From NCBI RefSeq assembly GCF_000981445.1, contig NC_027219.1:372001-436000 (forward strand): a DNA stretch of 64,000 bases, in the 5' to 3' direction. Positions within the stretch are counted from its first letter, which is position 1. Each line of letters starts with the position of its first letter. Positions 23,033-34,146 of the stretch are shown in pieces. This stretch comes from Babesia bigemina. Taxonomy: Eukaryota. The translations under genes were made by a program, and so were the position numbers. The notes beneath the pieces were generated by a model, which was not told the origin of the DNA, did not search any database, and was given only the letters and a program-made list of their open reading frames with translations.

Positions 23033-24612
23033 TTACACGTTTGGGCCACTTTGGGCCGCATTCACAGTATCGTCCTCAGCGGCTGCCGCGGCTGTTTCCG
23101 CCCTGCGCAGCTCCGACACAAGCCATTCTCTGATGGCGGCAATCATCTCGTTCCCACACTCGTACGCTGCGCGGAATATGGCTGGTGACGCGTGGACCCA
23201 CCTAGACCTCTCAAGGCTCGGTCGAAGTCGTCAGGGGTGAACCGGAGCGGAATGTGGTTGAGTTTTTCGTGCAACCAGGTAATGAAGTCGGCGTTCAGCG
23301 TGTCCGAGAAAATCCATATGTTGGCGACTATGTCGCCGCTGAGGTCGAAGCAGAACTCCAGCGACCCAAAGTCGAATCGATGTTTCAGCGACTTGTAATC
23401 CAGCACGCGGTCTCCGTAGGTCCATTGTGAGTCCTGAGTTGTTATACGGGAAGAAGCAGTCAACTCACCGTCAGCTTGTTGTAACACTCCAGGAAGGCGT
23501 TCTGCTTGCAATACTCCGACGCGGTGGTGAGCCTTTCGATCTCGCGCGTGCGGGACCTGTAGTGGGCGGACACCTCCGCAATTATCGCTTCACAAACCTG
23601 CCGCATATTCGACGATCATCGCAGATGCACTTACGCTGTGATGGCTGATGGATGAGTTATACTGCGACAGATTCGTTACACGTGCTTTCACGCTCTGCAC
23701 GTTGTGCTTTTCGAGCTTGGATTTATCGGGCGTGAGGTACTTGTCCAAAGAGCCCTGGTTGATGTTGATAAGCAGCGTCCCTAACTTAGATGGCACTTGA
23801 AGCCCGAATTCAACCTACCATGGTGCAAAGCGGCGTTGGGGAGAACTTTGAAAGCGGCTCCGGAAAACTGTGGAAGGTTAGACATGTCTACGGACGGGCA
23901 CCGGCCACTAGGTGGCGGATCCACGAAAACGCAAGGAGACGCCACTGCATTACCACAGATCGTTTATTCCACAACAAAAGTAACCTCAAACGGTTCCTTG
24001 CATTCCCAGTCGCGTGGGAACAGGGAAGGCCATTAGTCAGCATGCAACGGCACCTACCTTGAGTCCGTCGACGCATAGGTCGTTCCTACCGCTGGGTTCG
24101 CAAAGCTTGCCTAATTAAAACTCTTTAGACACATTAGTAGGCCACCCAACCTGTCAGCTTGCTCATGGCAGCGCAGATAAGCTGAGAATTCTTTTCGAAG
24201 TTGTAGTCGGCGGAAGGCGAGATGAACGTGAAGCACGTGTTTCCGAGGTCCTGAGAATTTACACATCAAGGCAAAAGGCAGCCAAACTACACACCTGGTA
24301 AACAGCGCCTCCTCCGGTGAACCTTCTCACGAGTTTCACGTTGTCCCGTTTCACATTGTCGAGGTTACACTCGGACCAGACGTTTTGGTTGCGACCCACG
24401 ATGACGCAAGGTGAATTCCGCCATAGGAACAACAGCGGGGCCTCAGAAGCGCCGTCCTTCGCCGCGTTAGAGCCGTACGAGGAAAGAAGGGCGTTCTCAA
24501 TCGCCAGGTTGAAGTAGATGTCCGTTTCATCCGAAAGCAGCACTCTCAGACGAGTAGCGGGATTCCGGGACCCGCACCCGAAGCATCTTTTGAAAATTGA
24601 CATGGCCGCCAT
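23033..24612 (-). CDS. Lipoate-protein ligase (LplA type, probably mitochondrial), multi-exon
   Basis: YFNLAIE, LWRNSPCVIVGRNQN, VRRFTGGGAVYQ|DLGN, GRNDL..DGLK|FSGAAF, LHHGTLL, VQSVKARVTNL. Confidence 0.92.
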
Positions 24613-24705
24613 TTCACAAATATTTAGTGTGTATGCTCTAGTAGCCGCTGCGACAAGCGATGTTGCTATGCAGATCCTGAGAATAATATTGCGGGCCACT
24701 ACGTA

Positions 24706-24778
24706 GCCCCTTTAGCTCAGTTGGTAGAGCGCCAGACTTTTAATCTGGTGGTCAGGGGTTCGAGCCCCCTAGGGGGCG
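24706..24778 (+). tRNA. tRNA-Lys (anticodon TTT)
   Basis: Full cloverleaf: GCCCCTT/AGGGGGC acceptor stem, D-arm GCTC..GAGC, anticodon arm CCAGA-CTTTTAA-TCTGG, TTCGA T-loop; T5 Pol III terminator at ~24784-24788. Confidence 0.97.
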
Positions 24779-24834
24779 GCTACTTTTTCGCTTCGCCAGG
24801 TGAAAATCGGCAAGTTGCTTGGCGCGATAGCCTC

Positions 24835-26613
24835 TTATGAGTTCGTTATTATGGCGGTGTTGTTGAACGAGCACCTCATGAATTGGATGGTCTCGGGCGG
24901 CAGAGGCTCGCTGGCGCCGCCCTCATCAGTATGTTCGGGGGGCAGAATCGCGGTTGGAGCTGTCAAAACAGTACGCTCTGCGTAATAATGTCGCGAAAAT
25001 GCCCTCACTCACTGTTAGGACCGAACTGGCGATGCTTATTGCTCCCCCAACCGAGGATCTGGCCGTTGGTCAGGGCCGCCATGCAATGGCTGCTGCCGCA
25101 GCCTAAACTGTGCGGCAGCAGCACACCAGAAAGCCGAGTTACTCTCGGACGAATCATCCTGACGTCAACACCGGTGCATTGGCAAAAACGGTTGTCTCCG
25201 CTGGCGATTAGGTGCGTGGCGCGATCGCTGCTGACATGGATGTAGTATCACAATCGCCGACGTACCCTTGCGCCTCAGGCGTGGCGGCGACGACGGTGAA
25301 GTCGTCTCCGGCTGCCAGTGTTGCGGGAGCGCCTCGTATCAGATGCATATACTCGCTTAGCTTGCCGACACGGGTGACTGGAATGGGGTTGAACTGTAGG
25401 TGGCGGTCGGTTTGCGTGTACGTGGTATAGCTGCGATTTGCTTTTCTACTAGGCGACGCAAAGGGCCTATACTGTTCGTGCTCCAGCAGCGTTCTTCCGC
25501 GCGTGTCGCCGAGGAAGAGTTGGACGCTCGAGTCGTCCCCGAACCTGCAATCCTTACTACGGCCAACGACGCAACTCACGTGTACACATTTCCCCAGGAA
25601 TCCACGCAGCATGTGTGCCTTCCGCCACACACCACATCGACAATGGATGTGGTGGGGTCCTTGAACTCAACCTGCGCAGCAGTCGACATGCCCTCGGCGG
25701 CCTCTTACTTTGCGCACACCGATGAGTTCCTGCGGAACCGCACCGCTTCTGGGCAACCACATGAAAGTAAGGTCGATTGAGACGTTGGAAGGTTTTGTTC
25801 CGCACTGTCCGAAGCTGTTGTCCCCGGAGCAGTCTGTATGCGATAACACCCCTGACATGCTCCCAACTCACAGAGTGAACCGTCGTCGGCCAGGAACGCC
25901 GCATGGGCGTTACCGACGCTCATCTTCACTATGCGTTTCCCTGACAGGCCTTGTACTCGTTCCGGAGTAGGAAGGCTTGCCTTATCCACCGCCTGCTCGC
26001 CGGCGTGTTGCGGCCGGGCCACGGTGCCACTGCCATGACCCGACGCGCCAGTGGCCCCTTCGTCACCAGATTCCACATTACTAGACTGCACTCTGTTCCC
26101 CGATGTCTCTGAACGCTCGCGCAGTGCATGGCTTATGTCTCGGAGCACGTACACGTTGCCATCAGCACCGAGCATGTAAAGGTCGGTGGCGGAGCACCGA
26201 CAGTCAACAATCCCGGCACCCTCCAATGCTTGAGGCTCCACGAATCTGCCGTCTTCCATTTGCCCCCAGACGTACACTGCGCCCGTATCGTCGATCGCTG
26301 CGCCGAAACTTGGACCGAAGGTCACGCAGCGCCAGCGGCTGGCGTCTGCAGCAGATTAGGTAACACTCGTAGGAGCATTCACCTTCAAATAACGCATGGT
26401 TTTCTTTGCCACCTGGCAATGCTGCGATCTCTCCCCAGAGGCGGATGCGCTGAACCCCTTTTTTCGAAAGAAGGAAGGACTCACCCCTCTCGGCTGCCGT
26501 GCTCCGGTCACGTCACCGTCGCACCCGGTTCGGGCCTCAATACCGACCCTACAGGCAACACACGCCCCTGCGCGTGCGGCTAAATGCCTGAAAACGCGTA
26601 GGATCCGCATCAT
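24835..26613 (-). CDS. RCC1-repeat beta-propeller protein (possibly mitochondrial RCC1L-like), multi-exon
   Basis: Repeats FGPSFGAAIDDTGAVYVWG, MSVGNAHAAFLADDG, LAAGDDFTVV, LGCGSSHCMAALTNGQILGWGSN; Arg-rich N-terminus. Confidence 0.75.
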
Positions 26614-26752
26614 GGAGTGATGGTACGCCTGATGGGTGTCGCGCTTTGGACCGTTGTCGCGCCGTGCCGTGCCTGATGTGTCGCGAGTATGAGGCGCGGA
26701 GAGTGGCTTCCACTGCCAAAAACACACAACAAAACTCGCATAATGCGCCACG

Positions 26753-28594
26753 ATGACCGGCGGTGCGAAGGACTCGCTCGTGCGAGAGAACGACAGACAA
26801 TGGACATTAAGTAACCGGGTCGAGGCCGAGGGCCTTGAGTGGCTCTACGCGGATCCTTCTGCGGCGAAGCAAAAAGAGGGGAATCTGGTTCGTTTGCATG
26901 GCGTGATAACTGACGGATTGTAGGAGGAGTATCTCCTAGGCAAGAGCATTGAGGGAGCGCGGGGCGAACTCGCTCGTGATCCCATTGACCATGCTGCAGC
27001 CGGCTCTCTGCTCGCAGACACGGCCGAAGGGCAGCCATTAGATGACACGCTGAACAAATTTCGCGAAGACCCGCTGTTCATCATAAAAAAAATCGAGCTG
27101 CACCAGCGCCAGGTGATGAAGAAGTATGAATCGCTGGTGAAAACAGGCGTGAAACCGACAACTGAGCCTGCTACTGACACGTATGCAACTGAGAGACCAC
27201 GCGAAAGGCACGATCGCAGAAGGGTGTACGACATTGACCGCAGCGGCGGGCGTGACTACTCCACCAGCCCTCGCCGCAGAGATAGAAGCCGAGGTAGGAT
27301 GCATCGTGCGTCGAGGTCACACCGTCGTGAACGGGGCATACAACGTTCTGAGTCACTGCGGCGGCGCCCACGGGGCAGCAGCCGTTCCAGAGATTATGAG
27401 ACAAGTCGCCGTAAACGTGATCGATCGAGGAGCCCGTCAGGAGACTACAGGCACAGGCGCCGCGATAATCGACATCGCAGTGGAAGGAGATCATCGAGCA
27501 TTGGCGACAGTGAACGCAGTAAAGAACGCTGTAGGACGCGTGCATCGAGGCATTCCTACGATTCTCGATCAAGTGGCAGCCGCGTGCTTAGCCGGAGCAG
27601 CTCCAGCAGGCATTCAGGGAGGTATAGACGAGGCGCCGAAAGACGCCGCTATGATAGCAGACACAGGCAATTATCACGGAGCAGAGTTAGGAGACATTCG
27701 CGTAACACTGGCATGGACAGCGCCAGGCAGAGCCGTTCGTACGACCGTCATCGCCGGAGAAGCCGATCACCGAGTGACGACACATACAGGAGAAAGCAGC
27801 GCATAGCTGACGAAAGGCGCCCGAGAGATGGCAGAACCGATTATTCGCCTGCCAGAAGAAGTCCGAGTTATGGACGCCGACATCATACGTCTTCTAGGCG
27901 GAATCACTCCAGCGCATATTCCCGGTCTAGCAAAAGCGCCGACTCGGATCGTCGCGGCCATCGAAGAGAGCGACGTGATTACACGGAACGTCGAAGAACC
28001 CGCCTCGGGCAAAGCGATAGCGCTGGAAGTGCGTCTTATCATGAAGAACGCGATAGACGTAGAGAGAGAGATGCCGATCGCGACAGGCGGGGGCGATCTA
28101 GGTCTCGGGGACGCGGTAATGACTACGGTGGTAGGAAAGAGGAGGGCCTTCAGTCGTCCAAGGATGAGCGGCAAGAGACTCAATCCAAGGAGCCAATGAA
28201 GGCGAAATGTGGGCCCGTCCTGCCTCGCAAAGGCGACACACTTCGCTACGCTTTCGGTGTCACGGAAGACATTATGCCTCCACAAGCAATTCAGGACCGT
28301 GCAGAGCAGCGGCGTAGAGAGATGGAGGAGCGTAAACGGCTCCAACGGGACACGTACGCGCCGCAGAATCATGAAGAGCGTCTGACGGAAATGCAGTCAC
28401 ATGGCATGTCTCATCTTAAGGAGCGAATGGAGAAGATGGCGGAACACGAGAGGAACGTACAGTCGGAGGAGGTCGACGCAAAAGGAGCGAAGGGCGACTA
28501 CATTTCGTTGATGAAGCAGCACGCTTTCGAGTCTGCGAAGAAGGAAGAGCGCATCAGACAGAGGGCTTCAAGGAGCCTGGTGGAAGATGAGTGA
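26753..28594 (+). CDS. CWC25: CWC25-like splicing factor with long RS/RD-rich region, 2 exons
   Basis: Exon 1 GLEWLY; after intron 26888-26923, EEYLLGK...NKFREDPLFIIK; RS-rich ~27200-28130; C-terminal EERLTEMQ. Confidence 0.8.
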
Positions 28595-29039
28595 GGCCAG
28601 AAGCCCTGAGACCGCTGGGTCGCACCAAAAACCGATGCCATGTTAACATATTTTTGAAATGGCAGCTTTGCCGGGAGTTTGCATATGTACATTTGATGCA
28701 CCATTTATAATGGCAACTTTATTTCCGGTCATCTACGGGCCAACCTGACCCACAAATAGCTGCATGTTTGGCCGTCAGCCTATGTATATTCCAGTGCATA
28801 ATCTCCTATAGAAGTGTATGTGCACCCAACCTTCATCAAACCAATCACTCTCTGCCTCGCAGGCGTATCTCCTACGTTATGGCGCTGAGCACAGTTTCAA
28901 TGGCACGTAGATAAACACAGGTTATGTTTCCGAATCGGTCAACGAAACTGCTGCCACAGCAACTATCGAAATATGGACATGCACATTCGTGTTCTTTTAT
29001 TCTGCATTATAAACAAGTTTAAGCGTCAGAAGCGCGATG

Positions 29040-31456
29040 TCATCGACGGAGCAGTTCACGAGACCTCTTCTCTTCCAGCCGCCGCACAGCGCCCTCGCAA
29101 CGCCGCTCCACGTCGGCAAGCAGGTCCGAGTAAACGTTGAACTGCTTCACCGTGACGTGATTGATGACGGCGTGCTTGATTGCGTCGTTCAGCACGGGCA
29201 CCTGGAAGGCGTACACCGGGCAGTGCCCAAACTTGTTCCCGATGTCCGCCTGCACGATGTCGTTAGGGGAGACGGATCCCAGCCCTCCGTGAACCACGGG
29301 GATCCTGACGCGATGCTTCTTCTCCAGCGCCTCGAACCCATCCAGCAGGGCGTCAAAAGTGCCGACGAAATTGGCCCGCAGAATCACCGGTATGACTGGC
29401 CGCCCCATCTCCGGAGTTACTGCGGGTGGTTCGATGCCGCCGTGCGCTTTGGGGGTTTTGCTCTTTGTTGGCGGCGGTGGCAACTTGCTTCTCCACCGCT
29501 CTAGAAGCGCTTTGTTTTGCTCTTCCACCTTGGAAGCCCACATTTCGTGCGGGCTGGCGTCAGCCTCACCGCTCGGATCACACCCCGCTTCCTCCTCCTC
29601 TACCAGCTCATCCACCTCGTTATAATCATCACCACCACCACCATCCTCTGTAGGGGTAGCCTGCTGCCCGCTCTCTGAATAATCGGAGTGGGTCTGATCA
29701 CACGCTTCGTAATCCGTTTCCACCACAATATCCCCATTGTCGGATACTGTATCTTCGACAGGGTGGAGGTATATGGACGTGCTGGGAAAAGCGTCGTCGT
29801 GGGTGGCGGTGGCAGCACCGCTGCGATTTTCAGTCGATCCAAACTCGCTTTTTTCAGGTGCGCAGTGTGAATCTGACGACGCGCCATACCCTGCGTCTTC
29901 CTTGGGTTGCAGAAGGACTGCCCACGGCACCTCGAGCGGGGGACCCTCTACCTGCTGCGACCGAAGCAGCTGTACCTCCCTGCGGTATTGACTCAAACGG
30001 AACGCCTCGTGCTGTGGCAGCACCAGAAGCAAATCATCCGCACTCGTGCCCTCCACAGTTTTGAGCCCAGTTACGCGCACTGTGCGGCCCACGGCAGCGC
30101 GCTCCATCTTGGTGTCAGGGGCGACCCTACCGTGAGGCGGGTATATGCCTGACACGCGACCGTATTCGGTACCGGCGACGAAGTAGCACCCCTCAATCAG
30201 CACTCCGTGGCGTACCGCCACAGTCATCACGACTCCGAAGGAGTGCGTCCTCTCGAGCTCCAGCACGAAGCAGACGGCGATGGGGGGTGCGCCGCTGCTG
30301 ACCAGGCAGTTGGTCCTCCGGATAAAGTTTTCCACCCGGCCAAGCTTAACCCCGCCAAATACGTCTGTCAGGAACACTGGGTTGGTTGGGAGTGTCACCT
30401 TGGAGAGCCGGCGCGCGATCTCAGCTCCGAGCTCCGGCAGGCAGGCCCCCGTGCGTGCACTGACGGCAACGGCGTTGTCGACGCAGTCCGCAAGGTCCGA
30501 GCCAATGATACCCGCCTTGTGCATCCGTGCGCACTGGGCTCGCAGCTCGGCGATGGCAACTTGGGCGTCGCTGAACTCGAGGTCGGCCTTGTTGATGCAG
30601 AAGACCACAGGCACCTTGAAACGGTCCGCCTGTAGTATCGCGTCCCTTGTCTGCGCCTCACCGCCCTCCGCAGACATGACCACCACGGCGGCATCGGCTA
30701 TGTGAATTGCGCGGCCACGCACCACCTCGAACAACTCATCACCAGGTGTGTCCAGAAGGGTGGCATGCAGGGGCTCGCCGCCGGTCGGTATAGTTGCCTC
30801 CCGTACCACCACTTGCTGCGTGGTATCGCCGGGCTCTTTAGCAACCATACGCTCCCCTGAGCAAGCTGTGGTGATCAGAGGAACCGTCACATACCTGTGA
30901 GCCTCTCCATCAGGGTCGTTTTCCCGTGGTCCTTGTGGCCCACAATCGCCAAGACGGGCAGAGCGTTCGGAGTTACACATCGCTGTGGAACATTGTGCAC
31001 GTTGGCTTCTCTGTTGACTCAGCTTACCTGTGGCGTTGGAGGCTCGGGGCTGACGCGTATGGCCTGGAATCCGAAGGCACGGCTGGCCACTGCAGCCGAC
31101 TCGAAGGGGACCAAAACGTTGCGCTTGTTTCTGGCAGTCATATCACGCACGCTATTTTAACCAACTCGCAGCGGAATTTTCGCCCATGGACGTCGCTCCA
31201 TGCGTAGCTTCCCCTCGTAACGGACACGTTGCAGGCACGCAGACACGCCGTGTAGTTCACGCGCAGCATCAGGCGCAGCTCCTGCACACCAATCGATTTG
31301 GGCGTCACATATACTCACGTGAACCGCCACCCATGGCGGAAGCAGGATTTCAGGCGACCGCTGCGCCCGGCCGCGGGAAAGCGTCTTGCGGAAGGCAGCC
31401 CGTCCCAGCGGAAGGAACCTTCCGCGGTAGGCGAGCCACCTGCTGGCTGCTATCAT
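29040..31456 (-). CDS. Organellar (probably mitochondrial) translation initiation factor IF2-like GTPase, multi-exon
   Basis: Spliced P-loop IVGHKDHGKTTL, EPGDTTQ, LLDTPG, INKAD, VSARTG, domain II (FGVVMTVAVRHGVL), domain III (VILRANFVGTFDAL..GSVSPND); basic presequence MIAASRWLAYRGRF. Confidence 0.85.
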
Positions 31457-31548
31457 GTAGTAATAATTCTGATTAACGCGTGTTCGAGGTGTGGAGCGCC
31501 CCGCGCGGGTGCCGTGGGAGCGGCGCCTGCCGGTGGCCCTCCAGAGGC

Positions 31549-34146
31549 TCAATGGCGGTCGAGGATGTCGCAGCCTTCCTCGCGGCGCAGGCGCCGCGCG
31601 AGATCCTGAAAGAACTTGTGTATGCTGCGGGGCGATTTGACCTCCGGGGAGCGCCTGAACGCCGGCACCGCCTCGTGCAGTTGCACGTCCCGGCCCGAAA
31701 AGACGTTGGTCTGAGCAGCACGGCTCACCTGGCGCCGCGTCGGCAACTCGGGCATCGCGTAGCGTCCTGAAGACGAGCCATCTGCCGCTATCAGCGAGCT
31801 CCTGGACGAGCCGCTGTCGACGGAGAGCCCGTCCGCCACGCTCGCCGACAAGCTGTGCGGGAGGGAGGCGGCATGGTTGCTCACGGGCTGTACCTTCCAC
31901 GTCGCCGCCTTGGCCTCGCGCTCCTCCTTGAAGCACTTGTCATACAATGACCTGGATTCGTTCTTGATCTTCCGGAGCGACTCCGCGACCAGCTTGAAGT
32001 TGCTATCGTCGTAGAAGTAGTCGGGGTCGTGCGCCTTTTCGCACGTCTCGTGCTCGCCCTTGGGGTCAGCAGCTGCGCCGCTGGTCGGAGCGTTGAAGTT
32101 CGCAAAGTGCAGGTTCTGCAGGGTGGCGGAAACGGGCGCCACGTCCTCCGACGCCGGGTCGACACTCTCCACGTCGGTGTTGCTCGAAGCTTCAGACTGC
32201 AGCTCGGCCTTGAAGTAGTTGGACAGCTGCATGATACGAGTGAACCACAACTGCACAGTCTTCTCCGACTCGCACGTGAAAAGCCAGTACCGCAGCGAGC
32301 GCCCCTTCCGCTCCGTGATCTCGAAGCCGTTGGGGTGCCCCATGCGCTGCAGCTTGGTGATGTCCATGGCGGCGGCGTCCGCGAAGCTGCGGATCGTGAC
32401 CGCAGCGAGGTCGATGCTAGACTCCACCGGCACGTCGTCAGCGAACAGGTCGCTCTCCAACACGAACAACCTGCGCCCACAGAGGTACACGGCGCGCTGA
32501 CGCCAAGAGCACCGTTGCGAGTCACGACGAAGGAACAACGCCTTCAGCTCGGCGTGTGTCACTATGTCGAGCGTGTTCGGGCTGCCGTCCGGCAGGGTCG
32601 TGAAGCCTGGGGTGCGGGTGCGACGTTCGGCATGGCGGCGCGGAGGACGCGCCGGCTGTTGCGGCTGAGACGTGGCGCTGGCGGTGCCGGTCGACGCTGC
32701 CTCGATTTTCTTCACCGTCTCACGCACCTGTTTGCGTAGCGTGAAAGTCAGCGAGGCGATCTGGGCGATGTTAGTGTTTATCCTGGCCTCGTAGTCCGAC
32801 AGCAGGGTGGGCAGGTTGCCGCAGTGGAGCTGCCAGTGCGGCACTTCCAGCACGAGGTCGGGGATCTCCTCGTCGGTGAACAGCAGCTTCTCGAAGTTGG
32901 AGCGGAGCTCCACGTACATGTTGAGTGCCATGCCTGGGTTTTGCACGCGGTTGATGGCCTCCAGCTGCGACACACAGCCGCGGAGGTACCGGTTGAGGAC
33001 CCCGCTGGCGTGCATCATGCGATTGAGCGCGGACGAGCCCACCTGCTGCATGTTACGGATGTCCTGCGAGCCGAGCGACCGCTTCAGCTTCAGCGCGTCC
33101 AGCGTGCGCTCCACGCCGCTGCGAATGGACCGCGTCGTATTCTTCAGCCCCGCACTGGACGCGTCCGATAGCTGCTGCAATTCCGGCAGCACGACCGACA
33201 GGTCGTTGTGCCGACGGACCACCGCGCTGAGGCACTCGCCCAAAAGCTCCTTCACCTCGGCAACGGCAGCCTCGATCTCGACGACCCTGTGGGCGCCGTC
33301 GGAGTGGGCCTCACTCGCGCATGTTTCGCATAGCGGCAGCAGGTGGCACTGCACGCACGCGAGCCTCAGCGGCAGGCCGCGATGAACGGCGCACGAGTCG
33401 TAGGTCGGGTACGCGGATTCGCCCGGGCGAATGTTGATGCTCAGGTCCTTAGAAAAGTTGCCCGCGAGACTGCCAGAAGCGCCCGCAGCCAAATGGCCGT
33501 ACGACAGCTGGCCCGATAGCGCGTCGGACGCGTTGAGGCGCGCCTCTTTGCCGGAAGTAGCAGTGACCAGCTTGTGGCTCCGCTGGAGCCCCTCGGCGTG
33601 GCGCTCCACGGCGCAGACGGCACACAAATGCATCACGCACGAGTCGCAGCGCACCGTCGCCAGAGACAGGTAGCACGACGAGCAGAGGCGTGCCTCGGCG
33701 TCACACGGTGAAGCGGAGGCGACCGGGCGCTTCCTGTCGGCACGGGGCGCGGCATCGTCGCCGTCGCTGCATGCCTTGGCGCCCTGCGTCGCCTTGAACT
33801 GTGCTCTAGTTACGTCAGCCAGGTAGTCCACGTGCAGAGTCTCGTTTATCCGGGGTTTGGACACCTCCTTGATCTCCACGTCGTAGTCGCGATGCGCATC
33901 GGCGAGGTCGGCCTGTTGGGAGGGCTTCGGCGCGGCCGTGTCGAACTCGGGCTTGCGCAGGTTGACGGGACGGTCGAAAATGTCCAACACACGGCCGAAG
34001 GCGTCCGCAACGGAGTCGGCGAGTTTAGGCAGACGGTCACGCGCCGCGTTGGCGTATCCCGAGAAAAGGTCGGTTCCGTCCGTCTTGACCAGACGACCAA
34101 GGTCGATGCCGTGGCCCAGGAGGCCTCCCAGCATGCCCCCTGACAT
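31549..34146 (-). CDS. B-box zinc-finger / coiled-coil / PH-domain protein (865 aa)
   Basis: CSSC..RCDSC..HLCAVC..H..H and CAVH..CVQC..LCETC..H..H B-boxes, coiled coil, PH motifs (SWRQRAVYL...CESEKTVQLWFTRI). Confidence 0.82.
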   Translation of the reverse strand: MSGGMLGGLLGHGIDLGRLVKTDGTDLFSGYANAARDRLPKLADSVADAFGRVLDIFDRPVNLRKPEFDTAAPKPSQQADLADAHRDYDVEIKEVSKPRINETLHVDYLADVTRAQFKATQGAKACSDGDDAAPRADRKRPVASASPCDAEARLCSSCYLSLATVRCDSCVMHLCAVCAVERHAEGLQRSHKLVTATSGKEARLNASDALSGQLSYGHLAAGASGSLAGNFSKDLSINIRPGESAYPTYDSCAVHRGLPLRLACVQCHLLPLCETCASEAHSDGAHRVVEIEAAVAEVKELLGECLSAVVRRHNDLSVVLPELQQLSDASSAGLKNTTRSIRSGVERTLDALKLKRSLGSQDIRNMQQVGSSALNRMMHASGVLNRYLRGCVSQLEAINRVQNPGMALNMYVELRSNFEKLLFTDEEIPDLVLEVPHWQLHCGNLPTLLSDYEARINTNIAQIASLTFTLRKQVRETVKKIEAASTGTASATSQPQQPARPPRRHAERRTRTPGFTTLPDGSPNTLDIVTHAELKALFLRRDSQRCSWRQRAVYLCGRRLFVLESDLFADDVPVESSIDLAAVTIRSFADAAAMDITKLQRMGHPNGFEITERKGRSLRYWLFTCESEKTVQLWFTRIMQLSNYFKAELQSEASSNTDVESVDPASEDVAPVSATLQNLHFANFNAPTSGAAADPKGEHETCEKAHDPDYFYDDSNFKLVAESLRKIKNESRSLYDKCFKEEREAKAATWKVQPVSNHAASLPHSLSASVADGLSVDSGSSRSSLIAADGSSSGRYAMPELPTRRQVSRAAQTNVFSGRDVQLHEAVPAFRRSPEVKSPRSIHKFFQDLARRLRREEGCDILDRH

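Noticed and set aside
27200..28130. Repetitive purine-rich stretch suggesting an array
   Set aside because: Explained by the RS/RD low-complexity region of the CWC25-like protein; no repeat-spacer structure.
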